Shown here piece after piece: positions 43,150 through 55,653 of a DNA stretch of 64,000 nucleotides; position 1 is the first letter of the stretch; each line of letters starts with the position of its first letter. The notes below the pieces were generated by a model. It was not told where the DNA came from, did no database searches, and saw nothing but the letters and a program-made list of their open reading frames with translations. The translations under genes and the position numbers were made by a program. Source of the stretch: Eledone cirrhosa (Eukaryota); assembly GCA_964016885.1 (NCBI GenBank), contig CAXHJY010000184.1, positions 62,001 through 126,000 on the forward strand, given 5' to 3'.

Positions 43150-43805
43150 TATATATGTTAGAGACTTCCATATATAAGATGAAGTATCATATATATACCT
43201 ACATATTTAAGACAACTGGTATACTGTTATATATAACACAGTACATCATACATTACTATATATAACACAGTATATAATACACTGCTATATATATAAGACA
43301 GTATGTTATACACTGTTATATATAATATAGTATCATATATACACTGCTATATATAATATAGTACCATATATACACTGCTATATATAATATAGTACCATAT
43401 ATACACTGCTATACATAACACAGTATATTATACACTCCTGTATATAATACAGTATGTTATATACAGGTATATATAACACACGTTATTCACACAGCTATAT
43501 ATAAGACATGCTATACATACCTATATATAAGACTTCTATATGATACCCTATATACATCTATATATATATATAAGACTTCTATATAAAACCCTATATATAA
43601 GACATGCTATACTCTTCTATAACTTTGATAGGTTTCGGCCAGTATTGGCCCAAGCCATGTCTAACTTAATAGCTCCACCTGGCTACTTAATAGCACCACC
43701 TGGCATATATATATATATATAAGACTTCTGTATAACGCCCTATATATTTCTATATATATAAGACTTCTATATAACACCCTATATATTACATTAGACTTCT
43801 ATAAA
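43150..43805. repeat. Degenerate AT-rich minisatellite of about 28-31 bp (XPR1 intron 2)
   Basis: tatataatatagtaccatatatacactgcta-type units, grading into tataagacttctatat units. Confidence 0.75.
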
Positions 43806-44913
43806 TAAATAAATGCAGACCACTTTTTGCAGAGCATTTTGCAGATACTTTCTATGAATCTTTCAAATACATTTTAATAAAATAAAATTGAAGATTTGAA
43901 GGTCAGAATTTTGATTCTCGTCTATCTTACCACAGTAAGATTTGAACATAGAACCAAAACAATAAAAATCAAATTATGTAAATAACATAGTCTGGTCTTT
44001 TACCTTCTCTATTAATTCACTAGCCATCCCTTTCCTCTACTTTCCCATAGACCCAGATAGGCTCTTTACCCCTTCCCCTTTTTTCTCTTTACTTAATTTT
44101 GCTTTTACCTTTCTTTTTCATATTTATGTAATCATTAATGGTTTTTAAGCCAACTTTTTTTGTGAAGTTATATTGTAAACTATGTAGCTAAAATCTAGGT
44201 TAATGGGACAGAGATCATTTGAAATTTAGGAGGATCAATTTTCAAGGTAACCTTTGAAAGTAAACAAATTAGGATTGGTAGCAGCTCTGGTTGTGGTAAT
44301 GAAGTGGAATAAAAAGAGAAGCTTTATAGGAAAATAGTTATAGAAAGAAGGATCACATCAATCTGTAAAGGGTTTTGCCTTTCTGCTACACAACTAGACA
44401 CAAAGCTGATTTATATGAAGATATGGTATTGTCATTTGTATCCAGTGATAGAGAGTTGGGAAGACCCTTTAATTGTGTCAAAGACATGACAAACTCTCCT
44501 ATGCACTCGAATGTGAAACCATACATTAGTGAGATGCAGACTCCCGGCCTGCCTGAGAGTTCAGTAGCCCTGCTTCACTATTGACTTGCTCTATGTAGAC
44601 TTATCCAACCCTTGCTAGCAGGAAAGTGGACATTAAAACGATGATGATGATGATGGCTACTGTATGTAGTGAAGTTGTGGTGTTTGTTATATGTAGTGGA
44701 CTTGTGGGACATGAACATACAGTGGACATGTGAGCTGTGTTGTATAGAGTAAAGTTCTAGGACAATTTCGACATAGAGAATTCATAAAAAATTGTATAAA
44801 AAGGAATTGAGAAACATTTCTGTATTATATTGTATTATAGGTGTGGGACATTTTAGAAATGTGAGAAAGAACAATTGCAGAAGCTACTTGAAAGAAGACC
44901 AACAATGGCTTAC

Positions 44914-44965
44914 CTTCAGATGAGGGAGCTTGTTCTTGTGCCTCATACAACATATTTTTCATTAC
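44914..44965 (-). CDS. XPR1: XPR1 coding exon 2: VMKNMLYEAQEQAPSSE + 1 nt
   Basis: Acceptor ctgacAG, donor G|GTAAGC, 52 nt, phase 0 to 1. Matches the XPR1 segment AFKDMLYSAQDQAPSVE. Confidence 0.93.
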
Positions 44966-45171
44966 CTGTCAGATGATATAGAATAAATCATTAATATTTC
45001 TATTTGATAACAACAGAATATGATTGTGAATACAACCGGCCAAAATGGGGTTCCTCTGAAGGGTTCCAGCTGGATGTGTGCGTCTTGTCAAATTGATTAG
45101 GTTTGTGGTTTAAACATTTAAAATATGCACAAAAAAATGCTTCTACAGATGTAAAAGTATTTTTAAAGGTA

Positions 45172-45589
45172 CTCTTGGGTCTCAAATAATAGCACCACCC
45201 ACCCACCCCTCCTGCTTTTTCTCCTTTTTTCCACCACCACCTCGCTCTTATTCCAACACCCCAGCGCCACTTATTAAATTTTGTTAAGCTATCTCCAGCG
45301 AAATTTTATTTTAAGTAGTAGCATTCCTGCAACAATTGATTTTCTTTATACATTTAAAAACATTATAAATGACAAAAATGTACATTACTAGAAATCTCAT
45401 ACGTTATAAAATAAATAGGATGTGTTGAGGTCTCAATATGTAAACTAAATGACTAATTCTGGTTTTTAAAAAATCAACAGAGACAACCTAGAAAAAATTA
45501 CCGAGTTTACACCCCACCCCGCCCCCACATATTCGACCCCCCACCCCCCACTTTTTCCAACCCCAACCCTATTACTTAGGACCCAAGAG
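45172..45589. mobile_element. MITE, Tc1/mariner-type (TA target duplication), in XPR1 coding intron 1
   Basis: TA|CTCTTGGGTCtcAAaTAATAG ... CTATTAcTTagGACCCAAGAG|TA: imperfect TIRs of about 21 bp flanked by TA on both sides. No ORF. Confidence 0.7.
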
Positions 45590-45713
45590 TAGATATTTAG
45601 CTTTATAAACAAAATAATGTGCAGTGGTGGTGGTGGTGGTGATGATGATAACGATAGAGATGATGATGATAGAGATGATGATGATGAAGTTCAGGATGAT
45701 GTGAGAACCATAC

Positions 45714-45782
45714 CTCATACTGAATATATTGCTTCCGCCACTCTGGAGTTATATGAGCGGCAAGATGCTCAACAAACTTCAT
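45714..45782 (-). CDS. XPR1: XPR1 coding exon 1 (SPX domain start): [23 protein letters not shown]
   Basis: Manual translation of the minus strand. Near-identical to the metazoan XPR1 N-terminus [23 protein letters not shown]. 69 nt, followed by donor GAG|GTATGG. A likely acceptor (tacctgcAG at 45815-45814) sits 31 nt upstream of the ATG. Confidence 0.96.
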
Positions 45783-45889
45783 GCTGGATTAACTATCTGA
45801 CAGCCGGAAATTTCTGCAGGTAATTTACAAAACAAATCAAATTATGATACAATATAGTGAAAACCTGTTCAAAGAACAACTGTTTATAA

Positions 45890-47852
45890 TAGTTTTAGAT
45901 AGAGAGACCCTACATTCCTTATTCACACTATAGTAGTTATAGAGAGACCCTACATTCCTTATTCACACTATAGTAGTTATAGAGAGACCCTACATTCCTT
46001 ATTCACACTATAGTAGTTATAGAGAGACCCTACATTCCTTATTCACACTATAGTAGTTATAGAGAGACCCTACATTCCTTATTCACACTATAGTAGTAAT
46101 AGAGAGACCCTACATTCCTTATTCACACTATAGTAGTTATAGACAGACCCTACATTCCTTATTCACACTATAGTAGTTATAGACAGACCCTACATTCCTT
46201 ATTCACACTATAGTAGTTATAGAGAGACCCTACATTCCTTATTCACACTATAGTAGTTATAGAGAGACCCTACATTCCTTATTCACACTATAGTAGTTAT
46301 AGACAGACCCTACATTCCTTATTCACACTATAGTAGTTATAGACAGACCCTACATTCCTTATTCACACTATAGTAGTTATAGACAGACCCTACATTCCTT
46401 ATTCACACTATAGTAGTTATAGACAGACCCTACATTCCTTATTCACACTATAGTAGTTATAGAGAGACCCTACATTCCTTATTCACACTATAGTAGTTAT
46501 AGACAGACCCTACATTCCTTATTCACACTATAGTAGTTATAGAGAGACCCTACATTCCTTATTCACACTATAGTAGTTATAGAGAGACCCTACATTCCTT
46601 ATTCACACTATAGTAGTTATAGACAGACCCTACATTCCTTATTCACACTATAGTAGTTATAGACAGACCCTACATTCCTTATTCACACTATAGTAGTTAT
46701 AGAGAGACCCTACATTCCTTATTCACACTATAGTAGTTATAGAGAGACCCTACATTCCTTATTCACACTATAGTAGTTATAGACAGACCCTACATTCCTT
46801 ATTCACACTATAGTAGTTATAGACAGACCCTACATATAGTAGTTATAGAGAGACCCTACATTCCTTATTCACACTATAATAGTTATAGAGAGACCCTACA
46901 TATAGTAGTTATAGAGAGACCCTACATATAATAGTTATAGAGAGACCCTACATATAATAGTTATAGAGAGACCCTACATTCCTTATTCACGCTATAATAG
47001 TTATAGAGAGACCCTACATATAGTAGTTATAGAGAGACCCTACATATAATAGTTATAGAGAGACCCTACATATAATAGTTATAGAGAGACCCTACATTCC
47101 TTATTCACGCTATAATAGTTATAGAGAGACCCTACATATAGTAGTTATAAAGAGGCTCTACATATAATAGTTATAGAGAGACCCTACATATAGTAGTTAT
47201 AGAGAGACCCTACATATAGTAGTTATAGAGAGACCCTACATATAGTACCCTACATATAGTAGTTATAGAGAGACCCTACATTCCGTGTTCACGCTATAAT
47301 AGTTATAGAGAGACCCTACATTCCTTATTCACGCTATAGTAGTTATAGAGAGACCCTACATATAGTAGTTATAGAGAGACCCTACATTCCGTGTTCACGC
47401 TATAATAGTTATAGAGAGACCCTACATATAGTAGTTATAGAGAGACCCTACATTCCTTATTCACGCTATAGTAGTTATAGAGAGACCCTACATATAGTAG
47501 TTATAGAGAGACCCTACATTCCGTGTTCACGCTATAATAGTTATAGAGAGACCCTACATATAGTAGTTATAGAGAGACCCTACATTCCTTATTCACGCTA
47601 TAGTAGTTATAGAGAGACCCTACATATAGTAGTTATAGAGAGACCCTACATTCCTTATTCACGCTATAATAGTTATAGAGAGACCCTACATTCCTTATTC
47701 ACGCTATAGTAGTTATAGAGAGACCCTACATATAGTAGTTATAGAGAGACCCTACATATAGTAGTTATAGAGAGACCCTACATTCCTTATTCACGCTATA
47801 ATAGTTATAGAGAGACCCTACATTCCGTGTTCACGCTATAATAGTTATAGAC
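45890..47852. repeat. Minisatellite with a 40-bp unit AGAGAGACCCTACATTCCTTATTCACACTATAGTAGTTAT, interspersed after about 46835 with a 26-bp deletion unit
   Basis: Read directly. The 26-bp unit lacks the 14 nt TCCTTATTCACACT. Confidence 0.98.
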
Positions 47853-48027
47853 AGAGAAACCCTGCCTTCTGTCAACCGTACTGCTTCACTGCCTTTTAGT
47901 TATTCCTGTGGAAGCAAATATGCAAGATGAAGAGGTCCATAGGCAGCTACAGAAAGATATTAAAAATCTCAGCTTTATTTGAACCTGTCTAACCTATGCC
48001 CTCAGTGCAGGTTATTTAGTATTAATA

Positions 48028-48232
48028 TAATTGTTTCTGATTTAGACATAAGGCCAGCAATTTGGGGGAGAGATGGAAGTCAATTAAATCAACCCCAGTA
48101 CATTACAGGTACTTTATTTTATCGACCCTGTAAGGATGAAAGGCAAAGCTAACCTTGGCAGGATTTGAACTCAGAACATAAAGAGACAACTATATGCTGC
48201 AAAGCCTATGCTTTCTGATTTAGGCACAAGGT
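48028..48232 (-). mobile_element. tRNA-derived SINE copy (reverse orientation)
   Basis: Reverse complement of the SINE body: ggtactttattttatcgaccctgtaaggatgaaaggcaaag...ggatttgaactcag. Confidence 0.75.
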
Positions 48233-48239
48233 CAACTCC

Positions 48240-50440
48240 ATCACGACTCCATCAAACAACCACCATCACTCTGTCAAACAGCCACCACAACCATCACCAC
48301 CACTCCATCAAACAACCACCATCACTCTATCAAACAGCCACCACAACCATCACCATCACTCCGTCAAACAACCACCATCACTCTGTCAAACAGCCACCAC
48401 AACCATCACCACCACTCCATCAAACAACCACCATCACTCTGTCAAACAGCCACCACAACCATCACCATAACTCCATCAAACAACCACCATCACTCTGTCA
48501 AACAGCCACCACAACCATCACCATAACTCCATCAAACAACCACCATCACTCTGTCAAACAGCCACCACAACCATCACCATAACTCCATCAAACAACCACC
48601 ATCACTCTGTCAAACAGCCACCACAACCATCACCATCACCACCACTCCATCAAACAACCACCATCACCATCTCAACCACCATCACCATAACTCCATCAAA
48701 CAGCCACCACCACCACCAATCCAACATACCCTTATCACCACTTCTCTAACATACTGTTACCCTCCCCTCCCCCCACTACTCCTCAATACACAACAGCCAC
48801 AATTCCCACCACCACTACAATATACAGCCACCACCCACACTACCACTTATAACACACACCACCACCACCACTACAACATACAGCCACCACCACTACCCAT
48901 ACTACTACTACTACCACCCACACCACCACAACACCATACAACCACTACCTACCACCGACACCACTACTACCACCCACACCACCACAACACCATACAACCA
49001 CTACCTACCACCACCACCGACACCACTACTACCACCACCACCACCACTACTACCACCCACACCACCACAACACCATACAACCACTACCTACCACCACCAC
49101 CACCGACACCACCACCGACAACATTACTACCACCCACACCACCACAACACCATACAACCACTACCTATCAACACCACTACTTCCACCCACACCACCACAA
49201 CACCATACAACCACTACCTACCACCACCACCGACACCACTACTACCACCACCACCACCACCACCACTACTACCACCCACACAACCACAACACCATACAAC
49301 CACTACCTACCACCACCACCGACACCACTACTACCACCACCACTACTACCACCCACACAACCACAACACCATACAACCACTACCTACCACCGCCACCACC
49401 GACACCACTACTACCACCCACACAACCACAACACCATACAACCACGACCTACCACCGCCACCACCGACACCACTACTACCACCCACACAACCACAACACC
49501 ATACAACCACTACCTACCACCGCCACCACCGACACCACTACTACCACCCACACAACCACAACACCATACAACCACTACCTAACACCACCACCACCGACAC
49601 CACTACTACCACCCACACAACCACAACACCATACAACCACTACCTATCAACACCACTACTACCACCCACACAACCACAACACCATACAACCACTACCTAC
49701 CACCACCATCACAGACACCACTACTACCACCACCGCCACCACCGACACCACTACTACCACCCACACAACCACAACACCATACAACCACTACCTAACACCA
49801 CCACCACCGACACCACCACCACCGACACCACTACTACCACCCACACAACCATAACACCATACAACCACTACCTAACACCACCACTACCACCACCACCACC
49901 ACCGACACCACTACTACCACCCACACAACCACAACACCATACAACCACTACCTATCAATACCACTACTACCACCCACACAACCACAACACCATACACCCA
50001 CTACCTAACACCACCACCGACACCACCACCACCACCGACACCACTACTACCACCCACACAACCACAACACCATACAACCACTACCTAACACCACCACTAC
50101 CACCACCACCGACACCACTACTACCACCCACACAACCACAACACCATACAACCACTACCTATCAACACCACTACTACCACCGACACAACCACAACACCAT
50201 ACAACCACTACCTAACACCACCACCGACACCACTACTACCACCCACACCACCACAACACCATACAACCACTACCTAACACCACCACTACCACCACCACCA
50301 CCACCGACACCACTACTACCACCCACACCACCACAACACCATACAACCACTACCTAACACCACCACTACCACCACCACCACCACTGACACCACTACTACC
50401 ACCCACACCATCACAACACCATACAACCACTACCTATCAA
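48240..50440. repeat. CAC/ACC-rich compound minisatellite (units of about 55-60 bp, two subtypes)
   Basis: ctccatcaaacaaccaccatcactctgtcaaacagccaccacaacc units up to about 48720, then accacaacaccatacaaccactacct...ccgacaccactact units. The + strand is almost G-free. Confidence 0.92.
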
Positions 50441-50505
50441 TTTCTTCTTCTGCTGCTCTACATACAGATTTAATCAGCGGGTATCATGCGCACATTCCAC
50501 TTTAC

Positions 50506-50626
50506 CGTGACCTACACTGGGCTGGTTTAGGGTGACAGTAAGTCCTTGAAAGGACACCACCTTCTAAGTGAAGGGTAAAAACCCTTCACCCACATTCCAA
50601 TTTGAAATAGTTCGCTGCCGAAATCT
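50506..50626 (-). other. Candidate non-coding 5'UTR exon of XPR1
   Basis: Strong minus-strand acceptor gagtttttttgtttttAG|AGATTTCGG and possible donor ACG|GTAAAG, in an island of unique sequence between repeats. No transcript evidence. Confidence 0.35.
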
Positions 50627-50686
50627 CTAAAAACAAAAAAACTCTATTTGATAAAATCGTTTGAAGCCGGAAGAACAAAACAATGA

Positions 50687-51062
50687 CAGTATCGGTAGAG
50701 GGTCGGACGCCATGCTTTGACGCATAGAGTTACGTCCTTTTACGGTCTGAGTTCAAATCCCGCCGAGGTTAACTTTGCCTTTCATCTTTACGGGGTCGAT
50801 AAAATAAAGTACCAGTAATACACTGGGTAATTGCTGGCCTTGTGCCTAAACTAGAAACAATTATTATTATTTGGCAGTATCGGTAGAGGGTCGGACGCCA
50901 TGCTTTGACGCATAGAGTTACGTCCTTTTACGGTCTGAGTTCAAATCCCGCCGAGGTTAACTTTGCCTTTCATCTTTACGGGGTCGATAAAATAAAGTAC
51001 CAGTAATACACTGAGTAATTGCTGGCCTTGTGCCAAAAATAGAAACAATTATTATTATTATT
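50687..51062 (+). mobile_element. Two near-identical tandem tRNA-derived SINE copies (188-bp period) with (TTA)n tails
   Basis: cagtatcggtagagggtcgg starts at 50687 and 50875. Internal Pol III B-box GAGTTCAAATCCC. 3' fragments of the same family at about 51299-51412, 53914-53970 and 56813-56922. Confidence 0.85.
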
Positions 51063-51721
51063 ATTGTTCATATAAGTTAATATATTATTATTTTGATGAT
51101 GCAAAATTAACAACTGGTTTTATTCTTAATTCAATTAACAACCGCTGTTATTTGCCAAGTTATTGAAGTAGACGGCAATTGTGCTCCAGAATGACCATGA
51201 TCATTTAAACATGTTTTCATTGTAGTTTGGTGTTGTATTGTAGAATATATTTAGAATAAAAACTGTCGTTAATTTTGCCATAACCTAATATTAATGTAAG
51301 TTCAAATCCCGTCGAGGTTAACTTTGCCTTTTATCCTTATGGGGGTCGATAAAATAAAGTACCAGTAATGTACTGAGAAATTGCTGGCTTTGTGCCAAAA
51401 GTAGAAATAATTAATGTAAGTTGAAAACCTAAGAATTAGTATTAAAGGGCACTACAACGCTATTAGCTGTCAGTCGAAGCAGCCGATGAAAGCAAAACAT
51501 CGTTTATTTCCGTATTACTACCACGCGTAAGTGGAGTTACTTAACTGAAAAAAAATTTTTTTTTCACGCGTTTTTATTAATTTTTTTATTAAAGCATATA
51601 GATGTAAGTGGAGTTACTTAAATGAAAATATAGGTGGCCCTTAAAAGGGCCAAATTAGAATATACCGCTACGTTTTAACAGTTTTACTAGTTACACATAC
51701 ACACACACATATATATATATA

Positions 51722-51804
51722 TACACACGGTGTCCCCTCAAAAATATATACACACTTTGATTACTTTGCTGTTGAAGTGTGTATACATTTTTTGGGACAC
51801 TGTT

Positions 51805-51808
<4 letters not shown>
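51722..51808. mobile_element. Small hairpin MITE (Tc1/mariner-like ends) within a TA microsatellite
   Basis: ggtgtcccctcaaaaatatatacacactt pairs imperfectly with aagtgtgtatacattttttgggacact. Confidence 0.5.
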
Positions 51809-51840
<32 letters not shown>

Positions 51841-52328
51841 GGGAAGGGAGAAATTTTTGGATGCTATACCTGACATAATAAAATCCAAAATACACCCCTA
51901 ACATTTGTCGGAATATCAATCACGAGAGTAGATAAATAAATATATAAATACATAAATAAGAAATGATAGAAAAGGAAAAGAAAATCCCTACATTATGTAA
52001 TATTCCCAGTCACCCCTAAATTTTCCCTAAATTTCAAAACCGGGAGGGGAAAGTCCGAGGGTTAAAATCCCAAATGATGGTACCTCAAATACTAGTGTAT
52101 CCCTTTGCATTACAGTTTAAAGCAATACATATGATCGCTTTGATGACTCTTATTCGTTTCTAAGGGTTTCGTTTTTTTCTCGTCTTTCTATCATATATAT
52201 ATATATAAAAAACCAAAATACATATATATATATATATATGTGTCAAAATCTTTCCCTCTATCTATCTCTTTCCCTCTCTGTCTATCTTTTGCCATAAAAA
52301 CGATAATGATAATCAATTCAATTAAGAA

Positions 52329-52380
<52 letters not shown>

Positions 52381-52408
52381 TATTAGTATTATTATTAAAA
52401 TTAAATAC

Positions 52409-52740
52409 CATTTATTCTGCGGCAGAGAGTTTCATCTTCTCCATCATTCGCTCCTCCAGAATCGTAGTACTAGTCGTTATTGTATGTGTGTGTTTCTGCG
52501 CATATATATATATATATGTGGTGTGTATGTGTTTGTGTGTATATGTATATATGTTTGCGATCGCCACTCTCGCCCTTCGTGAGGAGAATGGTGTGTACGT
52601 ATGTATATATATATATGTGTGTGTATGTGTGTGCTTGGAATATTTACCAATGGTTGATATATCGATGAACCTCTGATAGGCTTATACAGAATCAATGGAT
52701 CTCGTATCGGTTCCTTTCGTTCGATCACCAAGAACTACCC
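52409..52740 (-). promoter_or_regulatory. Candidate XPR1 first (non-coding) exon and promoter region
   Basis: Unique, relatively CpG-rich island. Minus-strand donor AAATG|GTATTT at 52409/52408. A CCAAT box and a DRE-like ATATCGATG lie near 52646-52668. Inference only. Confidence 0.3.
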
Positions 52741-53270
52741 ACACATTTGAATTTATAATGTAAATGGTTAAATGTTTCACAAACACTTGTACTCCCTTAC
52801 TTTAACATACCCCTCCCCCATATACACATACTATGTGGGCACTCAGTTTGCTAGAAATAACAGCCAATTCTTTCCACCTACCTTAAAAAAAAATATTAAG
52901 AAAGAACACGATGTCCGATAATGTACGTATTAGATACACCTAAAACGACGGGATGGTCGTGGCTGGAATACCGTTGATCATAATGGAATTCTGTGGTTTA
53001 GTCAAGGTTGACCTAGGGCTAAACAACAATAACGTAATCCCCAAGCAGAAAAGTCAACAAAACTCTCTTGCAACATTGTAGAGTGAATGTAAAATTTTAT
53101 AAGCTTCAGCTTTGAGAAACTACTCTCACCATTTTCCATCGATACTGGAAGTGTGAAAAGGATGCTTAATGCAATAGCATCATTTGAGTGATATAAAAAA
53201 TTTTCCCGATTTTAGAATTATTCCAATTTATCATTTTTCCGAACTTACAATGAAAAAATACGTATATACG

Positions 53271-53474
53271 GGAAAAATAGCGCCAAACTTTTCCTTTTGA
53301 AAGAATAATGTGATTTGTCACGTGATAGTACTTCTCAATATGTGTATACGTATATACGTATACACATATTTAGAGGTAATGTGTATACGTATATACGTAT
53401 ACACATATTTAGAGGTATTATCACGTGACAAATCACATTATTCTTTCAAAAGGAAACGTTTGGCGCCATTTTTC
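53271..53474. repeat. Near-perfect palindrome of about 200 bp (foldback/MITE-like) with a central tandem duplication
   Basis: gaaaaatagcgccaaacttttccttttgaaagaataatgtgatttgtcacgtgata is mirrored at 53419-53474. The centre atgtgtatacgtatatacgtatacacatatttagaggta occurs twice. Confidence 0.85.
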
Positions 53475-53596
53475 TCCAGAGAATAGCGGGAATTTCAATA
53501 AACGCAGGAGAAATGAAGAAACAGTAAATCAAAAGATAAGAAAACAGTAAGTAATATCAAATAATTATTAAAAACGTTACACGAATAATTAAGTTT

Positions 53597-53682
<86 letters not shown>

Positions 53683-54030
53683 TTTATCTGATGAAAGCGG
53701 TGGCCCATGATAAATATAGTTTCCATTTATTAATATATTATATATATATATGTATGTATGTATGTATGTAAAAAAAAAATTATCACCAATTAAATGTATT
53801 AAACTTCTGTAATACATTTGAAAATTTACATTGAGCCTTTTCTCCTTCCGGCTAGTACTTAGTACTACCATCCATATTTATAATCATATATAAGTATAAA
53901 TATTATTATTATTCAGTAATGCACTGGGTAATTGCTGGCCTTGTGCCTAAAGTAGAAACAATTATTATTACTATGTATGTATATGTATATATATAATATA
54001 AGATCAAAAGGTGGTTAAAAGAGTTCCATG

Positions 54031-54101
54031 TATTTTATTATGCGCATTTCAAAAACAAATATCATCATGCGATGACATTTGCGTTTTCGTCAGATAAAAT
54101 A
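54031..54101 (-). ncRNA. Minimal type I hammerhead ribozyme motif (mirror copy)
   Basis: Exact reverse complement of the motif at 56362-56432. Confidence 0.72.
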
Positions 54102-54269
54102 GGGAGACATGATATGAAGGTTAAAAAACACTTGTGAATAGTGCAGTTTTAAATCAACATATGAAAAGTAATTTAAGATTGATATGTGATATTGGGGCAA
54201 AAATGAGGGGGGTGGGGTGGAAAGGATGAAAAAGAGGAGATGAGAGTAAAGAATGGTGGGGGAGGAGTA

Positions 54270-55653
54270 CAGTGGCGGATTTAAGGAATAGGGCCCAGTC
54301 GGCATTGGTCAGTAAGGAGGTCCCAGAGTGAAAATTAAAGTACCTTCTTTTCGAGCGAGTATTGAAAAAGTTTTTTTTTTAATTTCCCATTTAGCTACCA
54401 ATAATCATTAAGAAGACAATTAAATTACAAGTACACTTTATTTGAAACAAACAAACAGATGTGCTGTACTGTAAACAAATAATAAAGTAATAAAGTTGTA
54501 TATATGTTAGTCTTTTACACAAATTGCTTTTACATGCGCAGAATTCTGCGAGCTTTAACAGTTGAAAAATGAGTTATAGCGTGGTCCAAGTTTACTGATT
54601 TAGTAATTTTGTTTTCAATTGCCAGCAGGGCAAAACTGGATAGCCTCTCCTGGCCCATCGTTGAACGAAGATAATTTTTTATTCTTCGTAGAACACTGAA
54701 AGAGCGTTCCGCACTTGCTATGCCAATTGGTAAAGTGAGAAATAGCCTTACCAGAATTTCAAACTCGGGAAAGACATCACACAAGTCATTGTTCAGTAAA
54801 AATTTCAGATATGGCATAACCCTACTTTGTTTTAAAGCTGCGTTTGGCTGTGAAAAGTAGAGGCCAATGAAAGAAAAGAGTTCATTTCTGAGTTCCAGTG
54901 TGAATTCATTTGGAAAGTTATCTACCAATGTTGCTACATGTGTTTTTAGTTCATCATCTGAGCATTTAGCCAGTCGATTTGGACTCAAAAATCCAAAGAT
55001 TGAAGATATTTTTTTTATTCCTTCAGTTCGGGCTCTCATCTCCCCAATCATACTATCCAGTGATTGAAAATAAATTGCAGTGCGATATCTATCTGAAGCA
55101 GTAGCTAGTCTTTCAACACCACAAACTTCACCATCCATAATCTTTCTTCTCCTTACTCGCGTTATTTTAAAATCAGCTTCAGATGCATCAAATCCCACGT
55201 CATTCCAGGCTTTCTTTGTCTGGTCCACAAATTGTTCAAATTTGTGATCGCATCTGAGTTCTTCCAATTTATCTGTTGAACGTTCAAAGCACTGTCACAA
55301 GGAATAAATCAAAAAGAAACTAAAAAAAAACCCAAGAAACTAACAAAAATATCAACAAAAAAACAAAACAATGAAACTAACAAAAACGTTTCAAATAAAT
55401 AAATAAATCTATATTTCTTTTAACGGCTAAAAAAAAGGGAATGTAAATTTGTTGGAATAGCCTCATTTCAGCAGCCAGCAGCGAAGTTATTTAGCCTCAT
55501 ATCAGCAGCGAACAGCGAAGTTATTTAGCCCTAGGCATGGAGGAGGTATTTTTGGATATCGCCCAAATTACAATTTTTTTTTTTTGCAAGCGCCCAGTCG
55601 GCAGGGGCCCAGTCGGCATTTGCCACCTTCGCCACCTGTTAAATCCGCCACTT
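54270..55653 (-). mobile_element. Internally deleted hAT-superfamily DNA transposon (1384 bp)
   Basis: TIRs CAGTGGCGGATTTAA / TTAAATCCGCCACTt (terminal base mismatched). Perfect 8-bp TSD GAGGAGTA at 54262-54269 and 55654-55661. Subterminal GCCCAGTCGGCA motifs at both ends. Confidence 0.95.
54530..55267 (-). pseudogene. C-terminal fragment of a hAT transposase (ZMYM1/Tip100-like) with the hAT dimerization domain
   Basis: FPEFEILVRLFLTLPIGIASAERSFSVLRRIKNYLRSTMGQERLSSFALLAIE is the typical hATC motif. The N-terminal DNA-binding and most catalytic regions are missing, and there is no true ATG start. Confidence 0.9.

Noticed and set aside
43625-43665. Half hammerhead on the minus strand (GGCCA-ATAC-TGGCC-GAAAC)
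   Set aside because: There is no CUGANGA core upstream of the hairpin and no stem I.
51440-51645. Possible TTAA-flanked (Kolobok/piggyBac-like) MITE
   Set aside because: The terminal match is only about 6-8 bp and imperfect, which is insufficient.
53318-53428. Paired CACGTG boxes as Pho4-like phosphate-response sites upstream of a phosphate exporter
   Set aside because: The two sites are mirror copies within one palindromic element, and Pho4 regulation is fungal. There is no support in an animal.
53680-53715. ttttatCTGATGAaag resembling a hammerhead start
   Set aside because: No stem II, GAAA or closing stem follows.
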